Notes under the pieces: model-generated
Database searches by the model: none
The model's input: the letters and a program-made list of their open reading frames with translations, nothing else
What the model was told of the DNA's origin: nothing
Position numbers and translations under genes: made by a program
Virus record (IMG/VR): IMGVR_UViG_3300014205_000182
Coordinates: 64,001 to 128,000 of that record
DNA from: a virus
Lineage: Duplodnaviria > Caudoviricetes
DNA: 64,000 nt
Reading direction: 5' to 3' (one strand)
In this document: one piece after another, positions 19,040-29,438 of the stretch
Layout: each line of letters begins with the position of its first letter
Position numbering within the stretch: the first letter of the stretch is position 1

Positions 19040-19819
19040 ATGGCTCATTGGATCCTTCAGAACAATCTCTACGAGGAAGAGGGCTTCGCCGCCCTCACGG
19101 GCGCTCTAGACCGTCTAGAAGTACCGTACTCGATTCACAAGTGCGTGCCCTTCGTCGGCACACTAGAGCCCGAGGCCACCCCGCCTGCCGGGCCTGTTAT
19201 TGTGATGGGTTCCTACACCCTCGCCCGGCACGCCAAGCAGAGGGGCTGGACGCCGGGCGCTTGGCTGGACAATCTCGACTTCGAGGTCCAGCGTAACCAC
19301 TGGGGCAACCACATGCTGAACGCTGACGCACACGTCTGCAAATTCGGTGAGATCCCGTTCCAGCGTGAGCCTTTCTTTTTGCGCCCTACCGAGGACTCCA
19401 AGGCCTTCACCGGTTTCGTGTGCGACTGGCCTTACTACGAGGGCTGGCGAGCCGGCATCGAGCGCATGGGACCTGAGCCTGATTTCAATCTTGACACCTG
19501 GGTGATGGTGTGTTCCAAGAAGGAGATCTACACGGAGACCAGATGCTGGGTCGTACACAAGCGTGTTGTCACAGCTTCTCAGTACAAGCTAGGAACCCTC
19601 AAACGGTATGAGGAGCTTCGCAGGTCGCGTTTTGATAGTGACCTAATCGCGTTTGCGGAGGATCGCGCACTGGACTGGTCACCTAACGAGGCTTACGTGA
19701 TGGATATCGCGGAGACACCCGAGGGCTTGAAGATTATCGAAGTGAATAATCTCAATAGTGCAGGCTTCTACAAGGCTGATATGAATAAGCTCGTCATGGC
19801 GCTGGAGATGATCGCGTGA
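19040..19819 (+). CDS. ATP-grasp protein (DUF4343/R2K-like)
   Basis: FLRP..DSKAFTG, E.R.WVV, YVMDIA, IIEVN. Confidence 0.8.
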   Translation: MAHWILQNNLYEEEGFAALTGALDRLEVPYSIHKCVPFVGTLEPEATPPAGPVIVMGSYTLARHAKQRGWTPGAWLDNLDFEVQRNHWGNHMLNADAHVCKFGEIPFQREPFFLRPTEDSKAFTGFVCDWPYYEGWRAGIERMGPEPDFNLDTWVMVCSKKEIYTETRCWVVHKRVVTASQYKLGTLKRYEELRRSRFDSDLIAFAEDRALDWSPNEAYVMDIAETPEGLKIIEVNNLNSAGFYKADMNKLVMALEMIA

Positions 19820-20199
19820 AGGTTGCTAAACAAGTCATCGTAATGCGCAAGGATCTCAACATGCGCAAGGGTAAGATGGTTGCACAGGGAGCCCACGCTT
19901 CTCTGGGCGCTGTTCTGGTGATCCGTAAGGAGCTAGACGGTGAGCCAGGCCATGCCTGGGGTGAGGCCTTTAGGCAGTGGATGACAGGCACCTTCACCAA
20001 AATCTGCGTGTCTGTAAGTTCTGAGAGCGAGCTTATGGATATCTTCCACGCCGCTAATGACGCTGGTCTGCCGGTCAAGCTAATCACCGACGCCGGGCAC
20101 ACCGAATTCCACGGCGTACCAACACGTACGTGTTTGGCTATTGGTCCCGCATGGTCCGACGACATCGACACTGTCACAGGAAAGCTAGCACTACTATGA
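19816..20199 (+). CDS. pth2: peptidyl-tRNA hydrolase, Pth2 type
   Basis: KQVIVMRKDL.M.KGK..AQGAHA, DAGHTEF, TCLAIGP. Confidence 0.95.
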   Translation: MKVAKQVIVMRKDLNMRKGKMVAQGAHASLGAVLVIRKELDGEPGHAWGEAFRQWMTGTFTKICVSVSSESELMDIFHAANDAGLPVKLITDAGHTEFHGVPTRTCLAIGPAWSDDIDTVTGKLALL

Positions 20200-20419
20200 G
20201 CGAGCAAATCCTACGTCAAGTCAAACTCACGCGACCAATGCATAACGGCCACGCCGAGGAGATTGCCTGGATCGACAACGAGAAAGCCAAGCTCAACAAG
20301 TTCGTCGAGGACGAAGATGGGGTCGTTTGGCTAGTAGCGGAGCTTTACGGCGCTAAGCCGTTCTCAGCTGTCGATCGAACGGCGAGGGTGGCTAGAGAAG
20401 TCGCTGACGTCCTCAAAGA

Positions 20420-21022
20420 TCACTGAGGCATTAGCGTACGCATCAGCTGACCACGTCCGAACACATCGTAAAGCCCGTGCTTCACAATGTAGTCAGCTAC
20501 ATCCTGGTGAACTAGCTGACGGAAGTCTTCGCCGTCGACAATCCTCTTCTTGACCATCGTTGAAGAGATGTCTGGAACGACCGCGTGAGCAGCAAGCGCC
20601 GGTAAGTCGTACCCGTCACGGCGCACGACAATCGGAGGCGCAATCTCCACAATCTCAGCCCAGCCTTCCCAGGTCGTGAATGAGTCGACTAGGTCAGAGC
20701 CAAGGATCAAGCGAAATCGGTCATTTGGCCACTCCTCCTGCACATACTTGACGAGGTCAATAGTGCGGCTACCGACGAAGCCAGGCTGCTTGGCCAGACG
20801 CTGCTCAGCACGACACACCGACGTACGTGGGAGGTCGCGAGCCATCAGCCGACACATCTCCAGGCGATGCTCGAAGTCGAGCAACTCCTTGCCAAGCATG
20901 TGCTTGTATGTCGGAACGAACCAAAGTTCATCCACCGGTTGTGTGGCTAAAACGAGTGCAGCCACCAAGTGGTGGCCGACGTGAGCAGGGTTGAAACTAC
21001 CGCCGTAGAGTGCGATGTCCAT
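20420..21022 (-). CDS. nadD: nicotinate/nicotinamide-nucleotide adenylyltransferase
   Basis: GGSFNPAHVGH, GSD, W, ISST, YI..HGLY. Confidence 0.9.
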   Translation of the reverse strand: MDIALYGGSFNPAHVGHHLVAALVLATQPVDELWFVPTYKHMLGKELLDFEHRLEMCRLMARDLPRTSVCRAEQRLAKQPGFVGSRTIDLVKYVQEEWPNDRFRLILGSDLVDSFTTWEGWAEIVEIAPPIVVRRDGYDLPALAAHAVVPDISSTMVKKRIVDGEDFRQLVHQDVADYIVKHGLYDVFGRGQLMRTLMPQ

Positions 21023-21633
21023 AGCGCTCCTGCATCTCCTGAAGGACGTCATGTCGACCTTCATAGTAGGCAATTATTGCGGTACCAATACCAAGCACAC
21101 CTACAAAACAAAGAGCAAAAAAGACCACACCCACCACCATAGCCCACTGATCCCAAGGCTTGCCGATTTTGGTAGAAGGGACTTCCGATGGAATCTCTTC
21201 TGGGTGCAAACACTCTCGTTTGATGTTAGTCATTCTCGGACTCCTTGAAGATACCCCACAGGAAAGCCCCAGGCGCTCCCCAAGCAATCGTGCTGCTGGC
21301 CAACCCAAGGTTATTTGTGGCTGCAAAGACCACAGAAGTGACTGCCGTTAGAAACACAATGCCTAGTAGGCCGATTAGGTAGAATGTGCGAGTACTCATT
21401 TCTTCACCTTCTTCAAGTCAAGCGTCGGTCGCTCAGAAGTGGCTACTGCTGCAAATTCTTCCTGCCACTCTTTGGCAAGCTCCAGCAAAGTCTTGGGCTC
21501 TGCTGGCTGGGTAATTTCTTCATCCGGATCCAGCATCTAACCCTTCCAGTCTCGCATACGCTCTGCTTCGCCCAGGAACCAGGAGAACCCGGCAACCAGG
21601 AGCATTGGCAGAACCATCAGCACAGCGAACAGC

Positions 21634-21981
21634 TTACGCATTGGGCCACACAAGCCCCTCACGCTCGCCCAGCTGCTTCAGGCGGCGCTCCATCATCGCC
21701 GGGCTACGTGAGTCGTCATGACACCACTGAAGCTGCGTGGCGAAAGTGACCCCGGTTAGATCAAGGGAGGCAGCCAGACCGACACCGTCGGCCATCAAGC
21801 CGTTGATGTAGTACCTGGCGTACTCTGGCTTTGCCGAAGCTTCCGGATCAACCCAGCCCCAAGCACAGTGGCGACCCTGGTCGTCACCGTAGACAGACTC
21901 GTCGTTGACCTGGCAACGCGTAAAGCCCTGCGAGCGCAGACCGATGACTGCGCGGTTGAACATCTCTTGCTTTGTAATCAC
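21634..21981 (-). CDS. hypothetical protein
   Basis: HCAWG...LQWCHD. Confidence 0.7.
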   Translation of the reverse strand: MITKQEMFNRAVIGLRSQGFTRCQVNDESVYGDDQGRHCAWGWVDPEASAKPEYARYYINGLMADGVGLAASLDLTGVTFATQLQWCHDDSRSPAMMERRLKQLGEREGLVWPNA

Positions 21982-22334
21982 TTGACCTCTGGAATTGCTT
22001 CAATCACAACTTTGCCAGTGAACCTGTGGTCAGGCCAGCAAGGCGAAACACGATGCACGTCGTAGGATACACGAACGATTGCGCCCGATTCGGCAGCCTC
22101 GGTCAGCTGTTCGATAGCCTCACGTTCCGAGTTGTCGACGGCAATGAACACGTCTTCACGCGACATCGAGCCGACACCGTTGCGCATCGTGCCGAGGCTG
22201 ATGTCGACCAGGGTGTAGTCAGAGCAGAAGATGGGCGTCTTCTTGACGATCTTCTTGACCTGGCCAATGGCCTCGTTGTCAGCCGAGGAGTTGCCACAAG
22301 AGGCGAGAACAGCTAGCAGTAGAATCTTCTTCAT
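21978..22334 (-). CDS. putative lipoprotein
   Basis: MKKILLLAVLASC lipobox. Confidence 0.7.
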   Translation of the reverse strand: MKKILLLAVLASCGNSSADNEAIGQVKKIVKKTPIFCSDYTLVDISLGTMRNGVGSMSREDVFIAVDNSEREAIEQLTEAAESGAIVRVSYDVHRVSPCWPDHRFTGKVVIEAIPEVK

Positions 22335-22672
22335 TAGACCTTCTCCGTAAAATACAGAAACTGGATGTGGCTACCGAAGTAACCGTGATCAATGTTCAAC
22401 GTCTTGGCATGCGCTTCCGCAGCAGCCTGATCTGGGAAGATCCCCTTGACCTCGACGTACTCTGCCGAGCCAAACGTGCAGCCGTCAGAGTAGTGTTCGA
22501 CGAGAACACAGGCCGTCTTGGCATCTGGAAGCTCGTAGCCGAAGTCCTTGGTGGTGTGCGTCAGTGAGACTGAGATATCAGTCAGACCACGCTCGCCAAT
22601 GTCCCATTCGTCGTCTGGGTTAACTTCGCGAGAGTAGTACTCGTCGTAACTTAGTGAGGCGTGTAACTTCAT
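22334..22672 (-). CDS. hypothetical protein
   Basis: YSDGCTFG motif. Confidence 0.65.
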   Translation of the reverse strand: MKLHASLSYDEYYSREVNPDDEWDIGERGLTDISVSLTHTTKDFGYELPDAKTACVLVEHYSDGCTFGSAEYVEVKGIFPDQAAAEAHAKTLNIDHGYFGSHIQFLYFTEKV

Positions 22673-22914
22673 GTTTTCTCCATAGGAATTCGACGGTCGA
22701 TCTCATCACCAACGGCGACCACTGCTGCCGCAATCAGCAATTTAACTTCCTCATCACTGAGGAAGCTATCATCAACTAGATTGAGCAAAGCCTCAGGGCT
22801 CGTATAGTACGCGATCAAGTTGCTGGTGCGTTCAGTACGTAGTGTTGCGCGGAACGCATCGAGTTTTGGCGATGTTTGATTTGCCAGATACTCGCGAGCC
22901 TCGGATTCGTTCAT
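22669..22914 (-). CDS. hypothetical protein
   Basis: preceded by TTGACA-16-TAAATA-6-ATG. Confidence 0.6.
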   Translation of the reverse strand: MNESEAREYLANQTSPKLDAFRATLRTERTSNLIAYYTSPEALLNLVDDSFLSDEEVKLLIAAAVVAVGDEIDRRIPMEKT

Positions 22915-22944
22915 AGCTTCTATTTAACCACTTTCTCTGGCTTG

Positions 22945-23145
22945 TCAAGGCTTCTCTGGACAAGCGGCAACACACTGAATAGAGTCGTCACCACTTCGCC
23001 GTAGGCAAACCCAACGTTGGCCTTGGTTGATACAATCACACTTACGTCCGTCACAAACACACACCGCCTTAGGTCCCAGATGTTTCTCAACCGTAGATCC
23101 AGACGGTAGGCAGCCAGCCAGTAGTACGAGCAAAGCGAACTTCAC
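22945..23145 (-). CDS. small Cys-rich lipoprotein
   Basis: MKFALLVLLAGC lipobox. Confidence 0.65.
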   Translation of the reverse strand: MKFALLVLLAGCLPSGSTVEKHLGPKAVCVCDGRKCDCINQGQRWVCLRRSGDDSIQCVAACPEKP

Positions 23146-23351
23146 GACACTTCGTCCGCGTAGTGCTTGGCGAAGCCGGCACGTAGCGCTTCTGAGTGTG
23201 CGCTGATCTTCAGGAAAAGCTCTTCCCCGCAGGCCTGACGCAGCTGCTTAACCAGAATCTTGGCATTCGGTTCGGCGAGCATAACCAGCAGAATTGGTTC
23301 TGCTTCGTCCGGAACCGTTTCGATCATGTGAACAAAAATTGCTGTGTACAT
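23142..23351 (-). CDS. hypothetical protein (start revised to ATG 23351)
   Basis: TTGACA(23386-23381)-17-TACTCT-6-ATG. Confidence 0.6.
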   Translation of the reverse strand: MYTAIFVHMIETVPDEAEPILLVMLAEPNAKILVKQLRQACGEELFLKISAHSEALRAGFAKHYADEVS

Positions 23352-23390
23352 GCAACCAGAGTAATCACGCACGGCAAGCCTGTCAACAGG

Positions 23391-25970
23391 CTAGTTGCTA
23401 TCGCGCAAGCCTGAGGTTGAACTTTCTGCAATCTCTGGTGAAGTGCCTTCCGGAAGACGCCACATCGGCTGCCCCTCGTCACCGAGTGTTGGCAGCAGGC
23501 CCGCCTCTTTGATAGCAGCAGAGATGCCCTTCTGGCGACCAGGAAGCTTCTCAATCTCGATGTCTAGCGCGGACTTAGCAATCTCGGCCAGCGTCCACTG
23601 ACGGCGCACGTTGACACCCACAGAATTACGACGCGACCACTCGCGAATGAGCCCAGCCCAGGTGTTCTCTGGACGACGCTTCTCGACGACAAGCGCTGCC
23701 ATATCCTGCTCGGTCTCCGTCTCAAACCACCAGCGTTCACCAGGGCACTCAGGGTGCGCCAGAGAAGGGTTCAAGTCAGCGTGAAGATAACGGTAAGCGG
23801 CCTCTGCCCACAGCTGATCGCGGTCAGCACGAAGTCGAATCGTGTCACATTCGCCCACAGCTACTGGCCAGTAACGACGGTTACCGGTTTCGTCTGGCAA
23901 GTACTCACCCTGGTTGGTCGAACCGATAAACACTGCGTATCGCTTGAATTCCTCTGGAGCCTTGCCGTAGGGCGGGCGGTAGTTGTCGACGCGGGCCGAG
24001 ATGAACGCCTTCTGGCTTTCCGTCTCAGAAGCACGTAGCGAAGCAAGCTCAGCAAGCTCGATGATCCAGCGGTAGCTGGCCATCTGCATGGAGTCCTTGT
24101 TACCAATTACGAGAGGAGAGTCAGAGAACCAAGAGCCGGCAAGTACGCTGGCAGCTTTGGACTTTCCAACACCCTGGCGACCTTCTAGAATCAGAACAGT
24201 GTCGACCTTGCTTCCGGGTACGAGTCCACGAGCACACGCCGAGATCATCCACATCGCCCCGACGCGACGGTTGAAATCTGTGTCTTCGGCGCCACAGTAA
24301 TCGATGAGCCAGGTGTCAATGCGTGGCTTACGATCCCACTTAACCGCACGCAAGTACTCAGCAACGGGGTTGTACTCGTTGCGTCGAGCGATCAGTAGAA
24401 GCTGATCTTCGATTTGCGTCCTGTTGGCAGTCACCTGCCACTTGCGGTCCATCCAGTTCATGACGTCGGTTGCCAGGACGTTGCTCGAAACGTCCTTGAA
24501 AAGCTCTGCTGTAATCTCTACTTGCTTCGTTAGCCCGTTGAATCGAATGCTGTTTCCCACTACGGAATCTCCGTTCAGAATCTGGTAAAGGTTGTTGGGG
24601 CAATTCTTGACCCCTTCACCTTCACTGTCAAGCTTTAACGTAGCCATGAGGTCGTAATCAGCCTCGGGTAGATCGGCAGGACCGCCACCAGGTGCGCTTG
24701 CAGGAGCAGGTGTAACAGGAAGGGAGTCGGCCAGGCTAGCAAACTGAGAAGCTCCGGCAATACTCTTGGGCCGAGCTTGGCGAAGCAATTCACGTGCCCG
24801 GTCTTCGGGCATGTTGGTGCCCATCAGAAGGGTGGCAAACTGATCGTCGGTCGTACCGGTAGGACAGTTACGAATCAGTGCTTGTGTAGCTAGTAGTTCG
24901 TTATCACCTAGATATTTCTTATCCAGAATCTGCGAGATTAGTTCTTTGTCGACTCCCTTGGCAGGATCCGACGTTCGCTTTGCTTTGATAGCCTTCAGGG
25001 TTTCTGTAACGAGAATGTCTGGTGGCTTCGTGTACGCCGGTAGAACAGGAGCGTCACTAAGCCCAAGAGCATCTAGACGCTGTTCCTCGCCTCGATACGC
25101 GGCACCCCAAACCGGCATGTTGGCACGCTGGTACGCCGACCAGACATGACGACCCATACGTGCGCCCCACGGAGGGACGCACTTCTTATCAAACTCCATT
25201 GCAGCTTCAAGCGCAGCTTCCGAGTCACGCACACCATAAGAACGAATGGCCGAACGCACAATGTTGAACGTCGTACCTGCCGTCGATGTACCCTTGACTT
25301 CACCAGGCTCACGAGCAAAGTGTGCCTTCATGTCTGCGATGCGTTGCTCGTTTGGAATCTTGGCGAGCCACTCCGGTTCCTCCTTCGGAATACCGACGTC
25401 ACCGACTTCGCTGGTCTTTCGCAGCGCTTCTTTCCAGGAATCTGGAAGCTCCGCAACAGCGATCTCCGTCGGACCAAGACCCTCCTGCCATGCGTAGTTA
25501 CCACCACTTGCATGGTTTGACGGCGCAACAATAATGTACGCCTTCGAACGGATAACAATTCCGCCGAGAACACCACGCACCGGGCCTCCGGGAGACTGCA
25601 CGATCGCGTGGAAGCCTTCACCAGAGCCAGAGCGCTGTGTAACCGTCGAAGGAAGCGGCCCGAGTGTTTGCTCAAGTGCTGCTAACTTAGCTAGATCTTT
25701 GTTGTACTCGTCAAGGTCAAACCCCAGGAGCCCGGAAGGCTCCATGACGACGGCGATCGATGCATCTGGCATCGCAGTCCACCAGGCACGAATTTGCGCT
25801 TCGTCTGTGGTAGCATCCGTCAGCCCGTTATTGGAACACGGGTGCTTACCAGGAGATACACATTGTGGTCTACCGCACGCACAGATCCCATCACGCATCG
25901 GGTAGCACGGGATCACGTACCAACCGATTTTACTGTAGGCTAAGGCAAAATCTAGCATCGTCGCCGACAT
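23391..25970 (-). CDS. bifunctional primase-polymerase fused to VapE-like P-loop helicase
   Basis: GKHP...GL.DAT.D...I.AWW, DLD; Walker A GRQGVGKS; TGNRRYWP. Confidence 0.9.
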   Translation of the reverse strand: MSATMLDFALAYSKIGWYVIPCYPMRDGICACGRPQCVSPGKHPCSNNGLTDATTDEAQIRAWWTAMPDASIAVVMEPSGLLGFDLDEYNKDLAKLAALEQTLGPLPSTVTQRSGSGEGFHAIVQSPGGPVRGVLGGIVIRSKAYIIVAPSNHASGGNYAWQEGLGPTEIAVAELPDSWKEALRKTSEVGDVGIPKEEPEWLAKIPNEQRIADMKAHFAREPGEVKGTSTAGTTFNIVRSAIRSYGVRDSEAALEAAMEFDKKCVPPWGARMGRHVWSAYQRANMPVWGAAYRGEEQRLDALGLSDAPVLPAYTKPPDILVTETLKAIKAKRTSDPAKGVDKELISQILDKKYLGDNELLATQALIRNCPTGTTDDQFATLLMGTNMPEDRARELLRQARPKSIAGASQFASLADSLPVTPAPASAPGGGPADLPEADYDLMATLKLDSEGEGVKNCPNNLYQILNGDSVVGNSIRFNGLTKQVEITAELFKDVSSNVLATDVMNWMDRKWQVTANRTQIEDQLLLIARRNEYNPVAEYLRAVKWDRKPRIDTWLIDYCGAEDTDFNRRVGAMWMISACARGLVPGSKVDTVLILEGRQGVGKSKAASVLAGSWFSDSPLVIGNKDSMQMASYRWIIELAELASLRASETESQKAFISARVDNYRPPYGKAPEEFKRYAVFIGSTNQGEYLPDETGNRRYWPVAVGECDTIRLRADRDQLWAEAAYRYLHADLNPSLAHPECPGERWWFETETEQDMAALVVEKRRPENTWAGLIREWSRRNSVGVNVRRQWTLAEIAKSALDIEIEKLPGRQKGISAAIKEAGLLPTLGDEGQPMWRLPEGTSPEIAESSTSGLRDSN

Positions 25971-26051
25971 AATAGCTTACCTGCCCGCAGTCTGCGGGAT
26001 AACGACCGTCATCCCAAGTAAACTACGCGAGGTACTCGCGAAACTCCGGCG

Positions 26052-26654
26052 TTACTTGGTACGAGCCATCAGAACAGCACGTCGAACCCACTCGATTGGA
26101 GCAACGAACGTCAGGTTGTCCATGTCACCGAAACGCTTGATAAGTACGCCAACAGACTCACCACGGGTGTTCATGATCGGAGAACCACTTGCGCCGAAGC
26201 CGACAACAGAAGAACAGATGCCTTCGTTATCTTCATCTCGACCTGCCCAGTAACCATCAGAGATCAGGAACTTGCCACGAGGATACCCGGCTGTCCAGAT
26301 ACGCTCACCGATTTTTGGATCATAAAGTGCAATCTTGATAGCGTTACCACGAAGCTCGCCACGAAGCACGCACACATCATGAATGTCGTCATCCACAAGA
26401 ACGGTAAAGGTTGCGCCGGCAACAGCATGCGGTCCCGATGCTGAATAGATCTCATTCATTTCGCAGCAGTGGCCAGCAGTTACTGCCAACCCGTCCGTTG
26501 TCTTCCAGACAGTGCAAGACCCGGCATCTTCTGCCAGAGCTTGTAGCTTAGCAACCGCAGGGTCAGACATAGTCGGTGCTTGACCAGGGTGCTGAGCACT
26601 GCCACAAGCAGAGCAGGCAGTGAGAAGGGCGATGACAACGGCGAGAAAATGCAT
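26052..26654 (-). CDS. exported trypsin-like serine protease
   Basis: signal/lipobox LTAC; TAGHC, D, GASGSP triad. Confidence 0.85.
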   Translation of the reverse strand: MHFLAVVIALLTACSACGSAQHPGQAPTMSDPAVAKLQALAEDAGSCTVWKTTDGLAVTAGHCCEMNEIYSASGPHAVAGATFTVLVDDDIHDVCVLRGELRGNAIKIALYDPKIGERIWTAGYPRGKFLISDGYWAGRDEDNEGICSSVVGFGASGSPIMNTRGESVGVLIKRFGDMDNLTFVAPIEWVRRAVLMARTK

Positions 26655-26729
26655 GGGAAGCTCCTATTGAGGTAACTTCATAAGCTTAGCTTATGACTCC
26701 CATTTAGTCTTCGGAGTTTCTGGAGGACT

Positions 26730-27014
26730 TTGGGTGGTTTACTTCGTATGGATAACCCTGAAACCTTCGTAGCCACCCAAGATCACCCGGTTTACTGGTG
26801 TACCCGAGACGAGGTTGCTGGGGTATTGTCGGATATTGTTGATATTTGGACAAGTCCACCAGAAAGAGTGCCCAGAGCAGATGGCGGCTGTGACTGGCTC
26901 GGCGAAGGTGTCGCACGCCTGACCTCGCGTTATGCTCAGTGGTCGCTTGCATTGTGCTTGAAGAACTGCGGAACCACACCCGACGACTCCAGGCAGTGCA
27001 TCAAGGTCGGCTAA
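26730..27014 (+). CDS. hypothetical protein
   Basis: ORF preceding the exonuclease. Confidence 0.5.
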   Translation: MGGLLRMDNPETFVATQDHPVYWCTRDEVAGVLSDIVDIWTSPPERVPRADGGCDWLGEGVARLTSRYAQWSLALCLKNCGTTPDDSRQCIKVG

Positions 27015-27015
27015 C

Positions 27016-28923
27016 ATGGCGAATGCAGGCTGGAAACACGGATCGGCATTATCTGCCGATAAGAAGACGTGGCGTTATTTTTCACCATCGACCCTGATGT
27101 CTGGTGACTTAGGCACCACCGAAGGCTGCCTTCGTAAGGTGTATTACGAAAAGGTACTGGAACTAAAGGGACCGGAGCAGAAATGGCTTACGACGGGCAA
27201 GGATCTTCACGCCGAGAACGAAAAGTATCTGCTAACCGGTGATCGTTCGCACATGACTTCCCTGGCACTGTCGGGAATTCACATGCTACCGAAGCCACAG
27301 ACTATCGATCCACGTATCAAGATCGAATGGGAAATCGCTGGCAACCTCGCCACAGCACCACTGCAAGCAGCAGGCGTGCCAATTGCCGGGTTCATCGATT
27401 GCATTCACTGGCAAGGTACGAACGCCGGGACGTCTGACATAACCGACACTATTGATCCTGAAGGCACAGTAGAAGTTATCGACTGGAAGACGACCTCCGA
27501 CGCTAAGTACATCAAGTCTCCTCAGGAAGTAGCGCGCACTCTTCAGATGACGACGTACGGCAAGTGGGCTCTCGTCACACACCAGGCCGAGTGGGTACGG
27601 CTAAGTCACGGGTACTACGTGACCAAGGGTCGTCACACGACTCGTAAAGTTTCACTGCGTGTCCATAAGGATCAGATTGACGAACGTTGGGAGTACGTCG
27701 AAGCCTTGGCTGGTTCTCTGAAGGAGGCCATCAAAGAAGACAACGTAGACAAGGTCCCGGCAAACACCCGGGCTTGCGATGCCTACCGAGGATGTCCTCA
27801 CCGTTCATACTGCTCTGCTGCCGCGCACAATAGCTTATCTTCCCTTTTCTCCTCGGATTTTGCATCAGCCCTACTAGGCTTGGACAAACCAGAAGTACTT
27901 ACCGTAGAAAATACAGGACCAGAAAAAATGTCACTACTAGCCAAACTACAAGCTGCCACCACACCTGCACCGGGACCAAAGCCCGAGGTTGCTCTAGAAA
28001 TGAAGCGACTTGCGCTCGAAGAGATCACTGTGAAGTACCCTGGCATCGGGGACACTATCACGAAGCTTGAGACTTTAGGGCTCGGTCTACCGGTCCTTCT
28101 AGGAGAGGCTGCACGTGTTTACGCTGTCATCAAGGGTAACGCTCCTTACGCAAACGGGGAGCTAGCTGGCTTCGAGTTCGACGACCCGGCACAGCTACCA
28201 GTCGTTCTCGCAGAAGCCGAGGCGATTGTTGCGGAGCGTGTCAAGAACGGTGTACCTGCTCCGGTGGTCGCTACGCCTGTAGCCGTAACCAGCCCGTTCC
28301 CAGAAGATGCTCCTCCTGCACAAGCTTCTCCACCTGTTGAGGAACTTCCGGCACCTCCGATCAACTCTGCTGCTGAGGCGATTGCCGCAGCGGCAAGTGA
28401 TGCTCCGAAGAAGAGAGCAGGCAGGCCGAAGAAGGTTGTTGCTGCCCCTGAGGAAACGACAGCAAACGTAACCGTTGTGGTTAACGGTACTGTTACCCCG
28501 CAGGAAGTCAACAAGGCTATAGAGACTGGGCAGTCAGTAGCCAAGACCATTCTTATTGACTCGGCTGAGCACGTCACTAACGTGGCAGCTGAAAGCTCAG
28601 CAGGAATCAACCTCTTCGTCGACTGCGTTCCCAGCTGCAAGTACGAATCGTTCTGGCCATATGTCGACCGTATCACCAAGGCCATGGCCAAGGAGTATGG
28701 TGGCGTTGACTACCGTGCAGCGGATAACGACAAGCCAACAGCCTTCGGTAAGTACAAAGGGTTTTTGGCACACGGACTTCGTACCCTTGCTCAGGCTGGT
28801 GAGATCCCAGCCGGTAATTACGTACTGGACGGGGCCCGAACAGAGACTGGTGGTGTAGTTGTGGAGGCTATGAGAGATATTGTTGCACAGTCGGGTGGAC
28901 TCTTGGTTCGTGGCATCATGTGA
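27016..28923 (+). CDS. Cas4/RecB-like PD-(D/E)xK exonuclease with long Pro/Ala linker and C-terminal domain
   Basis: SPST...C, GFID, IDWKT, LQM..Y, C....GCP....C. Confidence 0.85.
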   Translation: MANAGWKHGSALSADKKTWRYFSPSTLMSGDLGTTEGCLRKVYYEKVLELKGPEQKWLTTGKDLHAENEKYLLTGDRSHMTSLALSGIHMLPKPQTIDPRIKIEWEIAGNLATAPLQAAGVPIAGFIDCIHWQGTNAGTSDITDTIDPEGTVEVIDWKTTSDAKYIKSPQEVARTLQMTTYGKWALVTHQAEWVRLSHGYYVTKGRHTTRKVSLRVHKDQIDERWEYVEALAGSLKEAIKEDNVDKVPANTRACDAYRGCPHRSYCSAAAHNSLSSLFSSDFASALLGLDKPEVLTVENTGPEKMSLLAKLQAATTPAPGPKPEVALEMKRLALEEITVKYPGIGDTITKLETLGLGLPVLLGEAARVYAVIKGNAPYANGELAGFEFDDPAQLPVVLAEAEAIVAERVKNGVPAPVVATPVAVTSPFPEDAPPAQASPPVEELPAPPINSAAEAIAAAASDAPKKRAGRPKKVVAAPEETTANVTVVVNGTVTPQEVNKAIETGQSVAKTILIDSAEHVTNVAAESSAGINLFVDCVPSCKYESFWPYVDRITKAMAKEYGGVDYRAADNDKPTAFGKYKGFLAHGLRTLAQAGEIPAGNYVLDGARTETGGVVVEAMRDIVAQSGGLLVRGIM

Positions 28924-29438
28924 AGCACGGGACAGGAGGTTATCGTAAAGGGTGTCGTTGTACTTTGTGTAGAGAATCACATTCAACCTACATGAAAAAC
29001 TACAATGACACTAATAAGAAACGAGATAGTAATCGTACATGGATGGCAACAAATAGAGCTGCCTATCCAGAAAAATCCAGACTGTATCAGGCTCAGATGA
29101 ACTCAAAATACGTGGCAAACGGGCAGAAGCGACGTAACCGCTTGTTGACTGATTATGGTTTGACTCAATCTCAAGTTGACCAGATGCTTGCAGCTTGCAA
29201 CTATACTTGTGTGATCTGCAAAGAGCCGTTTAAAGCACTCACTGGTAAATCAGGCCCACACATCGATCACATCCACGGTACCAAAATTGTTAGAGGTTTG
29301 TTACACGGTCGCTGCAATACAGCACTCGGCTCTCTAAGAGACGATCCGGTGGTAATGAGGCGTGCAATCCGATACATCGAAACACAAGGTAAAGAAACAG
29401 AAGATGCAGAACTCGAATTATATGAAGGGACTATATAA
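28920..29438 (+). CDS. endonuclease VII-family (HNH-like) endonuclease
   Basis: CVIC, HIDHIH, VRGLLH.RCN. Confidence 0.85.
   Translation: MKHGTGGYRKGCRCTLCRESHSTYMKNYNDTNKKRDSNRTWMATNRAAYPEKSRLYQAQMNSKYVANGQKRRNRLLTDYGLTQSQVDQMLAACNYTCVICKEPFKALTGKSGPHIDHIHGTKIVRGLLHGRCNTALGSLRDDPVVMRRAIRYIETQGKETEDAELELYEGTI

Noticed and set aside
25975-26045. Two short inverted repeats upstream of the primase as a replication origin
   Set aside because: No iterons or AT-rich unwinding region; could be ordinary regulatory hairpins
27016-28923. Cas4 as part of a CRISPR system
   Set aside because: No cas1/cas2 or array; context is phage replication and recombination
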